Assembly (NCBI GenBank): GCA_016839555.1
Contig: JAEOUA010000007.1
Span: 96,001-160,000 of the forward strand
Origin: Promethearchaeota archaeon
Lineage (GTDB): Archaea; Asgardarchaeota; Lokiarchaeia; Sigyniarchaeales; SOKP01
Length of the DNA: 64,000 nt
Direction: 5' to 3'
Position 1 is the stretch's first letter. The number at the start of each line of letters is the position of its first letter. The notes below the pieces were generated by a model. The model was given only the letters and a program-made list of their open reading frames with translations. It was not told the DNA's origin and did not search any database. Positions 39,393 to 49,157 of this stretch are shown one piece after another. The translations under genes and the position numbers were made by a program.

Positions 39393-42300
39393 TGCCCTTG
39401 GATAAATCAATCAAGAAAGTTCTCGTTTTAGGCTCTGGGGCAGTCAGAATCGGACAAGCAGGAGAATTTGACTATTCTGGTTCTCAAGTACTTAAAGCAT
39501 TAAATGAGGAGGGTATTGAAACAATTCTCGTGAATCCTAATATTGCCACAATCCAAACAGATCCTCAAATGTCTGATAAAGTTTACTTGGTTCCAATAAA
39601 TGTTAAATATGTTGAGGAAATTATTGAAAAAGAACGACCGGATGGAATCTGTCTTTCTTTTGGTGGGCAAACAGGATTAAATGTGGGAGTAGAATTAAAA
39701 GAAGCGGGAATTTTAGATAAATATAATGTGAGAGTTTTTGGAACACCAATTAAAGCTATTGAAGCTACTGAAGATCGTGATTTATTTGTAAAAGCGATGA
39801 ATGAAGCTAATTGCCCCGTATGTAAAAGCAAAGCGGTAACAAGTTATAAGGAGGCAAAACAAGTAGTTGAAAAATTTGGATTTCCTCTTATGCTGAGAGT
39901 GGCTTATGTTCTTGGAGGGAGAGGCTCTGGAATAATCCACAATATGAAGGAATTTGAACGAAAAGCAAAAGTTGGCTTGGCTCAATCAAGAATTAATCAA
40001 ATTTTAATTGAGGAATCAGTATGGGGCTGGAAAGAAATAGAATTTGAAATTCTTAGGGATGCGGATGATAATTGCTTTATTAATTGCTCTATGGAAAACG
40101 TTGATCCCTGTGGAATTCACACTGGAGATTCAATTGTAGTCGCTCCCGCTCAAACTCTAACTGATGAAGAATTACAAATGCTTCGTTCAGCATCAATTAG
40201 AGCTACTAAAGCTGTCGGAGTCTGTGGAGAGTGTAATATTCAATGGGCTTTAGATCCTTTCTCTAAAAAATATAGAGCAATTGAGATAAATGCAAGATTA
40301 TCTCGATCTTCCGCATTAGCTTCTAAAGCCACTGGCTATCCATTAGCGTATATTGCTGCGAAAATTGCAGTGGGATATACTTTACCAGAGCTTATAAATC
40401 AAATAACCTTAAAAACCACCGCAAATTTTGAACCCGCCACAGATTATATGGTCTTAAAGTATCCTCGATGGGATTTAACAAAATTTGAAAAGGTTGATAG
40501 ACATATTGGTCCTCAAATGAAAGGCGTAGGGGAATGTATGAGTATTGGAAGGTGCTTTGAAGAGGTATGTCAGAAAGCATTACGCATGTTAGATATTAAT
40601 CTGAAAGGATTTGTTGCAAATGATCTTGAACCGATTGAAGATATAAATGAATTGAAATATGAATTAAGAAATCCCACAGATTTAAGATTCTTAAGAATTA
40701 GTGAAGCAATAAAACGAGGGATTTCTATTGAAGAAATTTATGAACGGTCCAGAATTGATAAATGGTTTCTTCATAAATTAGAAAATATCATTAAAATTGA
40801 GAAGGAATTAGAAAACCTAGACTTTTTACAATCTTCTGATGAAGATAAAGAATATTTATTAACAAGGGCAAAAAGATTTGGTTTTTCTGATGGACAAATT
40901 GGTAAAATCATGGGATTGACTACTCCCGTAATACGAAGATTGCGAAAACGATTAAGAATTGTTCCCTATGTAAAACAAATTGATACATTGGCAGGTCAAA
41001 TTGAACCTGAACGTCATTATTTATACCTTACTTATTGGGGGGATAAACATGATATTGATTTTGAGAAAGAAGAGCAAGAAAATCAAAAAAAAGTGATTGT
41101 CTTAGGTTCAGGAACGTATCGAATAGGCTCCTCTGTTGAATTTGATTGGGGTTGTGTTAATTGTTTGTGGGGTTTACAAGAGCTTGGTGTTGATAAAGCG
41201 ATAATTATTAATTATAATCCTGAGACGGTAAGTACAGATTATGATATTTCTGATCGTCTTTATTTTGAGGAACTTTCAGGGGAACGGGTGCTAGATATCT
41301 GCGAATTAGAAAAACCATATGGAATTGTGCTAAACGCAGGGGGTCAAATCGCCCAAAATCTTGCCGCAAAGTTTGCAAAATATTCAGAGTTTTATCGAAA
41401 AACCAATATAAGGATATTGGGAACGCATGGCTCTCGTATCGATATGGCAGAGGATCGCGTGAAATTCAGTGCCCTCCTTGATGATCTACATATTAATCAA
41501 CCCGAATGGGCAATGCTTACCACTACAGAGGAAGCTATTGAGTTTGCCGAAAAAGTAGGATATCCAGTATTAGTGAGACCTTCTTATGTATTAAGTGGTG
41601 CTGCAATGCGAGTATCTTATGATAAAAAAACCTTAAAAGATACACTTGACTTAGCTGCGGCAGTATCTCGAGAATATCCAGTAATTATAACAAAATTTTT
41701 TACAGATTCAAGAGAGGTGGAATGCGACGGGATTTGCGATGGGGAGAATGTATTGATTGGAGCTATAGTGGAGCACATTGAAAATGCCGGTGTTCATTCT
41801 GGGGACGCCACCATGACAATCCCTCCACAGACTATTTCTAAAAAAATAATAAAACAAATAGAAGAATATACACGAGAAATTGCTTTAGCTTTGAAAATAT
41901 TAGGGCCATTTAATATTCAATATTTAGTAAAGGATGGGGAAGTTTCTGTGATTGAATGTAATTTAAGATCCAGCCGTAGCATGCCGTATGTATCTAAAAC
42001 ACGCGGAATAAATTTAATGAAATTAGCAGCAGAAGTTATAATGGGAAATAAAATACCAAAAAAATTAATAGACCTTCCCTATGGTAATTTTGTGGGAGTA
42101 AAAGCTCCCATGTTTTCATTTATGCGATTGGATAATGCAGATCCCATTTTAGGAGTGGAGATGAACTCTACTGGTGAAGTGGGGGTACTCGGAGATGATT
42201 TCGCAGATGCTTTAATGAAGGCACTTGAAGCTGCCGAAAATAATATACCTATTAAAAATGGAAATGTATTAATTTCAGTGGGAGGAGAGGAGCTTAAGAA

Positions 42301-42703
42301 GAAAATAATCCCTTTAGCAAAAAAATTGAAAAATATGGGATTTACGATCTTTGCGACGGAGGATACTGCTCTGGCTCTTAAAAAGAATGGAATTGATACT
42401 GTAAGATTATATAAAGTACATGAAGTTGGAAAAGAGCCAAATATTATGAAATGTTTACGAAAAGGAGAAATAGATTTAGTAATTAACATCCCCTTACCAA
42501 CGACGGTCAAAGAGAAATTTAGGCAAATAATGGAGGATGAATATAAAATTAGACGCCATGCGGTCGATTTTAATATTCCTGTTATCATTAATTTACAACT
42601 TGCCAAATCATTAATTAACGCCATTGAAAAAATGCGTCAAAAACAATTCTCAATTAAGGCTTTAAATGATTACCATAAATCATTAGAAGAAGTGTATTGG
42701 TAA
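39392..42703 (+). CDS. carB: Carbamoyl-phosphate synthase large subunit (copy 2)
   Basis: Same motifs and same 1103-aa length as copy 1. Confidence 0.96.
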   Translation: MPLDKSIKKVLVLGSGAVRIGQAGEFDYSGSQVLKALNEEGIETILVNPNIATIQTDPQMSDKVYLVPINVKYVEEIIEKERPDGICLSFGGQTGLNVGVELKEAGILDKYNVRVFGTPIKAIEATEDRDLFVKAMNEANCPVCKSKAVTSYKEAKQVVEKFGFPLMLRVAYVLGGRGSGIIHNMKEFERKAKVGLAQSRINQILIEESVWGWKEIEFEILRDADDNCFINCSMENVDPCGIHTGDSIVVAPAQTLTDEELQMLRSASIRATKAVGVCGECNIQWALDPFSKKYRAIEINARLSRSSALASKATGYPLAYIAAKIAVGYTLPELINQITLKTTANFEPATDYMVLKYPRWDLTKFEKVDRHIGPQMKGVGECMSIGRCFEEVCQKALRMLDINLKGFVANDLEPIEDINELKYELRNPTDLRFLRISEAIKRGISIEEIYERSRIDKWFLHKLENIIKIEKELENLDFLQSSDEDKEYLLTRAKRFGFSDGQIGKIMGLTTPVIRRLRKRLRIVPYVKQIDTLAGQIEPERHYLYLTYWGDKHDIDFEKEEQENQKKVIVLGSGTYRIGSSVEFDWGCVNCLWGLQELGVDKAIIINYNPETVSTDYDISDRLYFEELSGERVLDICELEKPYGIVLNAGGQIAQNLAAKFAKYSEFYRKTNIRILGTHGSRIDMAEDRVKFSALLDDLHINQPEWAMLTTTEEAIEFAEKVGYPVLVRPSYVLSGAAMRVSYDKKTLKDTLDLAAAVSREYPVIITKFFTDSREVECDGICDGENVLIGAIVEHIENAGVHSGDATMTIPPQTISKKIIKQIEEYTREIALALKILGPFNIQYLVKDGEVSVIECNLRSSRSMPYVSKTRGINLMKLAAEVIMGNKIPKKLIDLPYGNFVGVKAPMFSFMRLDNADPILGVEMNSTGEVGVLGDDFADALMKALEAAENNIPIKNGNVLISVGGEELKKKIIPLAKKLKNMGFTIFATEDTALALKKNGIDTVRLYKVHEVGKEPNIMKCLRKGEIDLVINIPLPTTVKEKFRQIMEDEYKIRRHAVDFNIPVIINLQLAKSLINAIEKMRQKQFSIKALNDYHKSLEEVYW

Positions 42704-42843
42704 AGATAATCATAGATAAAAAGACCTATTGTATAAAAAAATAATCTTTTTCTCTCGATATTTTACACAAAATTATCTAATACCATGTATTTCTTTTAAA
42801 ATTTCTTAAAAAAAATTTAAAAAGGGAAAAAGAAAATTAATTT

Positions 42844-43611
42844 TTAAAAAAGAAATATTTTAATCATTAGAAACAAACTCAAACAAATAATAAAGATACC
42901 AGCTAATGTTTTCATGGATTTTTCTTTTTTAATTTTTTTGGTAGCTAATGCTCCTATGAAAGATGCTGGAACAGCTCCAATTATTAAAAGTAGAGGTAAT
43001 AGGGGATCAAAAAATCCATGAAACAAGATATAGAAAATTAAACTCGTAATACAGATAGGTGCTTCACAAGCTAAAGCCGTTGCTATTGAACTCTTTGTAT
43101 CTCTGCCAGAAACTACTTGTCCTGCCGTCACAAGTGGACCAAACCCACCACCCGAAATTGCTTTATTAAAAGAACTTATTAATCCTATTGCTACTATTTT
43201 ATTCCAAGAAAAACTATATTCCTTTTTTCTAAGCATTAAAGCACCAATAAATAGAACAAGAAATGCAATATAAATTTCAATAATTAGTTTGTTCAGACTA
43301 AATGCTAAAATGACCGAAATAAAAGCTGCAAAGGATCCTAAAATTGAAATAAGTCCACACACTTTCCAATTCATCTCACTATTTTTAGTAAAACTAGTAT
43401 TTTCAAATAGATGATGCGCAAAAGCTCCAGAAAGACCGGTAAAGATCTCTGATAAAAGTATTGAAGGCACAATGTAAAATAGATCTAGACCCAAAATTAA
43501 AAAAAGTGGAGTTAAAATTGTTCCATACCCTCCTCCCAGCGAAGTATCAATAAATTCTAAACCAAAAGCTAAAATTATTATTAGTATTCCTAAAATTATA
43601 TTTATCTCCAT
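42844..43611 (-). CDS. TauE/SafE (TSUP) sulfite-exporter family membrane protein
   Basis: DTSLGGGYGTILTP and NKAISGGGFGP duplicated Gly motifs, ~8 TM. Confidence 0.85.
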   Translation of the reverse strand: MEINIILGILIIILAFGLEFIDTSLGGGYGTILTPLFLILGLDLFYIVPSILLSEIFTGLSGAFAHHLFENTSFTKNSEMNWKVCGLISILGSFAAFISVILAFSLNKLIIEIYIAFLVLFIGALMLRKKEYSFSWNKIVAIGLISSFNKAISGGGFGPLVTAGQVVSGRDTKSSIATALACEAPICITSLIFYILFHGFFDPLLPLLLIIGAVPASFIGALATKKIKKEKSMKTLAGIFIICLSLFLMIKIFLF

Positions 43612-43962
43612 TTTTCTCAGATGATTTTTTAAGTTTTATTTTATAGTAATTAAGTATCATTAAATCTAATTAAATATAACTATGCTACATTAATATTAAA
43701 AGTTTTCTTTAAATTGAATTCTGATAAAATTTTTTTTATTAATCAATTTTCCATATTGAATTCCTATAGAACAATCAAAAGCTTATTTTTCCCTCTCATT
43801 TATATAATAGATAATTTAATCATATGTTGATTGAAATTAACAACGTATTTTTTAAAATAACATCATTGAGAAGAAATAATTCACTGGATATTTAATATGG
43901 TAAAATATTAATGAAATATGCAAATATAAAATTTTTAAAAATAACTTGTAAAATTAATTAAG

Positions 43963-44763
43963 TTAATAAATGATATTGATAAGACTAAAAATCGAGAGAG
44001 TAATAGCATAGAGCGGGATTATTACTCTCCAAATTTTGTTAGGTATAACTCTTACTAGATATGGAGAGATTAACGCTCCAAAAAATGCTCCCGTAAAGAT
44101 CGAAGGAAGAAGGATAAGATCTATTGTTACACCAGACCAACTTATCAAGAAAAAACTGAATACGCCCATTATAGAAACAAGTCCTTCAGCAAAAGCCACA
44201 ATTGCTCTGGCACTTTTTTCATAAACCCCTGAAAAGATTTGTCCTAGGGTTATAATAGGACCATAACCCCCTCCACTTATTCCCTTATTAAAACCAGCAA
44301 TAGCAGAAAATAATAATAAAAGTCTTGGTTTAACTTTGGATTCTGACTCATTCCTATTCTCATATCCATTTTTTAACCTAACTATTCCTACTCCTCCCAT
44401 AATAAGTACAAGAACCGAAACATAAATCTCAATAATCAATTCTGGAAATTTAATCGCAAAATATGCAATTATAATAGAAATAATAATAGCTATACATCCT
44501 ATTAAAGCAAATAAAAATGCGTATTTAGTTGCATCACTAAAGGGTTTAAATGTAAAATTAATATTTTCAAATTCATGGTCAAAATAAGCAGTTATTAAAC
44601 CAGTTATTGTTTGAGAAATAAGTAATGAAGGAACTATTTGTAGTGAATTGTAACCAAATAAAAACAGTAATGGAGCTAATCCTGTTCCAAAACCCATCCC
44701 AGTTGCTGAGTCCATAGCCGCAAGAAAAAAGGAAATCAAAATTACAATAATAATTAAATCCAT
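43963..44763 (-). CDS. TauE/SafE (TSUP) sulfite-exporter family membrane protein
   Basis: DSATGMGFGTGLAP and NKGISGGGYGP motifs. Confidence 0.85.
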   Translation of the reverse strand: MDLIIIVILISFFLAAMDSATGMGFGTGLAPLLFLFGYNSLQIVPSLLISQTITGLITAYFDHEFENINFTFKPFSDATKYAFLFALIGCIAIIISIIIAYFAIKFPELIIEIYVSVLVLIMGGVGIVRLKNGYENRNESESKVKPRLLLLFSAIAGFNKGISGGGYGPIITLGQIFSGVYEKSARAIVAFAEGLVSIMGVFSFFLISWSGVTIDLILLPSIFTGAFFGALISPYLVRVIPNKIWRVIIPLYAITLSIFSLINIIY

Positions 44764-44772
44764 ATAAAAGGC

Positions 44773-44928
44773 CTATATAAAGAAATAGAATAATACCATT
44801 ATAAGAAAATATACTAAAATAGCCAATAAAATTTTATGCCAAGTTCGCTTTTTGATCTTCATTCTTTCCTTTAAACTTTTTTGATCCAATGTTTTTGCTT
44901 CATTTCCAATATTAAGGGAATTTGACAT
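44773..44928 (-). CDS. Unannotated 51-aa single-TM protein: MSNSLNIGNEAKTLDQKSLKERMKIKKRTWHKILLAILVYFLIMVLFYFFI
   Basis: Hand translation; GAGAG upstream; stop 9 bp before the TSUP ATG; basic patch then a C-terminal hydrophobic helix. Confidence 0.6.
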   Translation of the reverse strand: MSNSLNIGNEAKTLDQKSLKERMKIKKRTWHKILLAILVYFLIMVLFYFFI

Positions 44929-45125
44929 AGATTTACTCTCTTTTCTTTAATTCATTTGATTGTATTTAGTTATTATATATAATTATATTTAATTAAAAAC
45001 TATTATCATTTTAAAACTCTTCGATTCTATGAGTAAAATAATAATAGAACTGACTTATTTGAAAATTTTGTTAAATTGAATTTATAAGAGTATTAAGAAG
45101 TAAAATATTAAATATTTAAAAATTT

Positions 45126-46781
45126 TTATTGTTTAAAATTTATTTTCTTTAAGACGGGATATCTTCTTCCGATTCCGAATGCACTAGAACTTACTTTAAT
45201 CGATTGAACTAATTGTCTTCTCTTAAATTCCGCTTTTAAATAAAGATTTTCTACTTTGTCAATTGTTTCAGAACTAATTCCATATTTTTTAAGTTCTGTA
45301 AAATTGGTCCCAATTCCATAATTTATTATATTCTGAAGAATTTTGTCTAAAATAGAATAAGGTGGTAAAGAATCGCTGTCTTTTTGATTTTCTCTCAGCT
45401 CTGCTGTTGGGGCTCTTGTTATAATTCCATTCGGTATTATTTCTTCATTTCGATTAATCCATTCACATATATCATATATTTGCACTTTTAAAAGATCTCC
45501 TGGAATATTTTTTCCTCCACATGTATCGCCATATAATGTACAATATCCAACAGCTATTTCTGACTTATTTCCAGTAGAAACCAGGAGCCAATTATATTTA
45601 TTTGAATAATACATCAATATATTAGCTCGGATTCTTGCCTGCAAATTCTCATCAGCAATATCAAATGAGATTTCTCCTAGCTTATTTTTAAGTGAATCTT
45701 CAAAACTATTGAAAACTTCATCAATAGGATGGATGATATATCGAGATCCAATATTCTCACATAATTTACGTGCTAGATCTATACTTTCTTGAGAAGTATA
45801 TCTTGTTGGCATCATGATATTGGTAACCTTATCTGGTCCAAGTGCTTTAGCACAAACATAAGATGTAAACGCGGAGTCAATACCACCGCTCAAACCTAAA
45901 ACAACTCCATCGAATATATTAATTTTATGAAAATAATCGTATAAATTAAGTGAAAGTGCTTCTATTACCTCTTCTCTCCAATCTTTAGATTTTTCTATCT
46001 CTTTAATATGCTCTTTTTTATCAATATGGAGAGTAATAGATGGAAAATCCTCTTCAAATGCTTTAGCTTTGTAAAAAAGTTGACCAAATTGATTAATAAT
46101 AAAACTTTGTCCGTCATAGACAATCTCATCTAATCCCCCAACCATATTGACATATATTATTGGAATTTGGAATCTTTTTGCTTTCTCGCAAATTATTTTT
46201 TTTCTTATCTCAAATTTATCAATATGATAAGGAGATGCATTGATAACTATTAATAATTCTGCCCCATTTTGAACCAAATTATCCGCAACTTTAATATCAT
46301 AATGTTCATCCCATATATCTTCGCAAATCAAGATTCCAACTTGGACACCTTTAATCTCAATCGGTTTAAATTGTTCATCAAAAGAGAAATATCTGCGTTC
46401 ATCAAATACATCGTAATTAGGTAATAATCGCTTATTTTCAATATATTTGATTTTTTTATTTTCAATTACAAGAGCAGAATTGTAGAATCTCTGAATTTTT
46501 TCCTTTAATTCTTCAGGTTCAGTAAATGTGCCGAGAATTATTGTAGATTCTGTATCTAATTCTGTAATCTCATCAATATATTCCTTATTCTTTTCGCAAA
46601 TCATAGGGTCAAGGATATGATCCATTAATGGATAACCCACTAGAGACATCTCAGGAAATATTATCATATCAGCTTTTTTGTTGGATTTAATGATCTGAAC
46701 AATTTTTTCTGCATTGTATTTTATATCTCCTACAATTGGATTAATCTGTCCGATTAAAACCGTTAATTGTCTGTTTTCCAT
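45126..46781 (-). CDS. nadE: Glutamine-dependent NAD+ synthetase (nitrilase + synthetase domains)
   Basis: Nitrilase triad FPEM / NKRLLPNY / ICEDIW; GLSGGIDS, ENLQARIR, TGNKSE, PTAELR. Confidence 0.94.
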   Translation of the reverse strand: MENRQLTVLIGQINPIVGDIKYNAEKIVQIIKSNKKADMIIFPEMSLVGYPLMDHILDPMICEKNKEYIDEITELDTESTIILGTFTEPEELKEKIQRFYNSALVIENKKIKYIENKRLLPNYDVFDERRYFSFDEQFKPIEIKGVQVGILICEDIWDEHYDIKVADNLVQNGAELLIVINASPYHIDKFEIRKKIICEKAKRFQIPIIYVNMVGGLDEIVYDGQSFIINQFGQLFYKAKAFEEDFPSITLHIDKKEHIKEIEKSKDWREEVIEALSLNLYDYFHKINIFDGVVLGLSGGIDSAFTSYVCAKALGPDKVTNIMMPTRYTSQESIDLARKLCENIGSRYIIHPIDEVFNSFEDSLKNKLGEISFDIADENLQARIRANILMYYSNKYNWLLVSTGNKSEIAVGYCTLYGDTCGGKNIPGDLLKVQIYDICEWINRNEEIIPNGIITRAPTAELRENQKDSDSLPPYSILDKILQNIINYGIGTNFTELKKYGISSETIDKVENLYLKAEFKRRQLVQSIKVSSSAFGIGRRYPVLKKINFKQ

Positions 46782-47040
46782 ATTTATATTAACACTTCCA
46801 CTTAATTAAAAAAATTCATTTATAGCTTATTTATTCTATTATAAAATTTTCATACAAGTTCATATTAATTCATAATTTATGAGGCCTTATTAATATTGCT
46901 TCATAATCCTTATCCGAATTCTATTAAAGAATAATTAAATTTCTCAATGACCTTTATATAATTAATTATATTCTTTTAATCAAACAATAAATATATAAAT
47001 TTTAAAATAAAAATATAATAAAATAATATTGTGTTAATAA

Positions 47041-48276
47041 ATGGCTGAAGCTGATATTGCTTTTGTTTTGATATGCACTGGTTTGGTCTTTATAATGACA
47101 CCTGGATTAGCCTTCTTTTATGGCGGATTATTAAGGAAAAAAAATATTATTAATATGATGGCAATGTGCTTTGTTTCCATTGCGATCGTTTCTATCTTAT
47201 GGTTTTTCTTAGGTTATAGTTTAGCATTTGGTCCTGATATTGGAGGTTTTATTGGCGGATTCGATTATATAGGATTAATCGGAGTAGATTTTCAATCGGA
47301 ATTCGATTTTTCATTAATATTAGGAGATATCTACAGATATTTCTTTCTTGCTCCAACAATTCCTGACATGTTATTTATGGTATTTCAGTTAATGTTTGCT
47401 ATTATTACTGTTGCAATAATTGCAAGTCCATTTTCAGAAAGAGTAAACTTTGGTGCTTTTTGCATTTTTATCTCTATTTGGTTAATCATCGTGTATTCTC
47501 CAATTGCTCACTGGGTGTGGGGAGAAGGAGGATGGTTAAATGTTATGGGCGCACTTGATTTTGCTGGAGGTACAGTTGTTCACATAAATGTGGGATTTGC
47601 CGCATTAGCAGTAGCAATGGTAATAGGACCACGTGCAGGATATCAAAAAGAATCACATGGACCATCCAATATACCTTATGTATTATTAGGAATGGGATTA
47701 TTATGGATCGGGTGGTTTGGTTTCAACGGAGGTAGTGCTTTAGCTGCAAATGGTGATGCTGTTTTAGCAGTATTTAACACGCATATCGCTGCAAGTTCTG
47801 GGGGCATAATTTGGATGTTGATTGAATATTCAAGAACAAAAAAATTCAGTACTTTGGGTCTCGCTTCAGGAGTGCTTGCGGGCTTAGTTGCCATAACACC
47901 AGCAGCTGGATTTGTACAACCATGGGCGGCACTTCTTATAGGAACTATTTCAGGAGTATTTTGCTTTTTCGCACTTTCCCTACGTTCACGCTCGAAAATT
48001 GATGAATCATTAGATGCTATCTCTATTCATGGAACAGGAGGTATCTGGGGTGCAATTGCTACAGGAATATTCGCAAGTATAGGTTCATCTGGATTACTTT
48101 TAGGAAATTTAGTACAATTCTTTATCCAAATACTCGGTGTTGTAGTAACCATAGGATTTTCATTTGGTATAACTTATGCTTTAGCATGGGTTCTTAATAA
48201 AACAATTGGATTTAGAGTACCTATTGAATTGGAATATGTAGGTCTTGATATGTCGCAGCATGGAGAAATAGCATGA
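47041..48276 (+). CDS. amt: Ammonium transporter
   Basis: MTPGLAFFYGG, FQLMFA, DFAGGTVVH, LWIGWFGFNGGS, twin His (VVH, SIHG). Confidence 0.96.
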   Translation: MAEADIAFVLICTGLVFIMTPGLAFFYGGLLRKKNIINMMAMCFVSIAIVSILWFFLGYSLAFGPDIGGFIGGFDYIGLIGVDFQSEFDFSLILGDIYRYFFLAPTIPDMLFMVFQLMFAIITVAIIASPFSERVNFGAFCIFISIWLIIVYSPIAHWVWGEGGWLNVMGALDFAGGTVVHINVGFAALAVAMVIGPRAGYQKESHGPSNIPYVLLGMGLLWIGWFGFNGGSALAANGDAVLAVFNTHIAASSGGIIWMLIEYSRTKKFSTLGLASGVLAGLVAITPAAGFVQPWAALLIGTISGVFCFFALSLRSRSKIDESLDAISIHGTGGIWGAIATGIFASIGSSGLLLGNLVQFFIQILGVVVTIGFSFGITYALAWVLNKTIGFRVPIELEYVGLDMSQHGEIA

Positions 48277-48281
48277 GGTGA

Positions 48282-48629
48282 ATGAGAATGAAAAAAATTG
48301 AATGTTTTATTAGGGCAGAAAAGCTTGAAATAGTGAAAAAAGCTTTATTCGAGAAAGGAATAAAAGGTATGAGTATTTATGAAGTACGTGGTCATGGTCA
48401 TCAAAGAGGCATGTTGTTAACAGGAAGAGCAGGACAATATTGTGTTGAATGGATCGGAAAACTAAAAATGGAAATTGCTATTAGTGATAAAGTGAATCTT
48501 GATGAAATTATTGATGTTATCATTGAAAATGCTAGAACGGGCAATCCAGGCGATGGAAAAATTTTCATTATTCCTATAGAAGATGCAATCAGAATTAGAA
48601 CCAACCAAAGAGGAGAAGAAATACTTTAA
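48282..48629 (+). CDS. glnK: PII nitrogen regulatory protein
   Basis: MKKIECFIR, EVRGHGHQRG T-loop, ARTGNPGDGKIF, RIRT; directly downstream of amt. Confidence 0.92.
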   Translation: MRMKKIECFIRAEKLEIVKKALFEKGIKGMSIYEVRGHGHQRGMLLTGRAGQYCVEWIGKLKMEIAISDKVNLDEIIDVIIENARTGNPGDGKIFIIPIEDAIRIRTNQRGEEIL

Positions 48630-48776
48630 ATACAAAATCTTAATTTTTAACTATTTTTTTTAAAAATCTAAAAAATTACTTTTTTTAAAATGCTGATATT
48701 ATTTTTAAAAAGATAAATTTAAATTATTTTTCTTTTACTCTTTTTATAAAATTTATTATTGTGTAAGTGAATTCAT

Positions 48777-49151
48777 ATCAAAAAAACAATTTTCATATTT
48801 GAAAATAATCCAAAAATTCTGAAATTAATTAAGGTAGTCCTGGGTAAGAATCCCGAATACGAGATTAAAACGGAAGAGAGAGGAGATCTTGTCCTCTAAA
48901 AGATAAAACAACAATATCCAATGGTCATAATCTTGGAAATTCAATTAACAGAATAGAGTGGGATTGAACTATGTCGAGAATTACGAATGCTTAATAATTG
49001 TTAAGACATCCTTATAATTGCTTTTATGGCCTTTGCAATGAAAGGGAATATGAAAAAAATATTAGCGATGGGATTCAACGGTTATATATCTAAACCATTA
49101 AACATAAATGTATTAAAAAATTGTGTCCATTCTTATATGAAAGAGATGTGA
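48777..49151 (+). pseudogene. DivK/CheY-like single-domain response regulator pseudogene
   Basis: One frame reads KTIFIFENNPKILKLIKVVL...VL*KIKQQYPMVIILEIQLTE*SGIELCRELR...C*DILIIAFMAFAMKGNMKKILAMGFNGYISKPLN; stops at 48897, 48954, 49002; no intact start. Confidence 0.82.
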
Positions 49152-49157
49152 TAAAGT

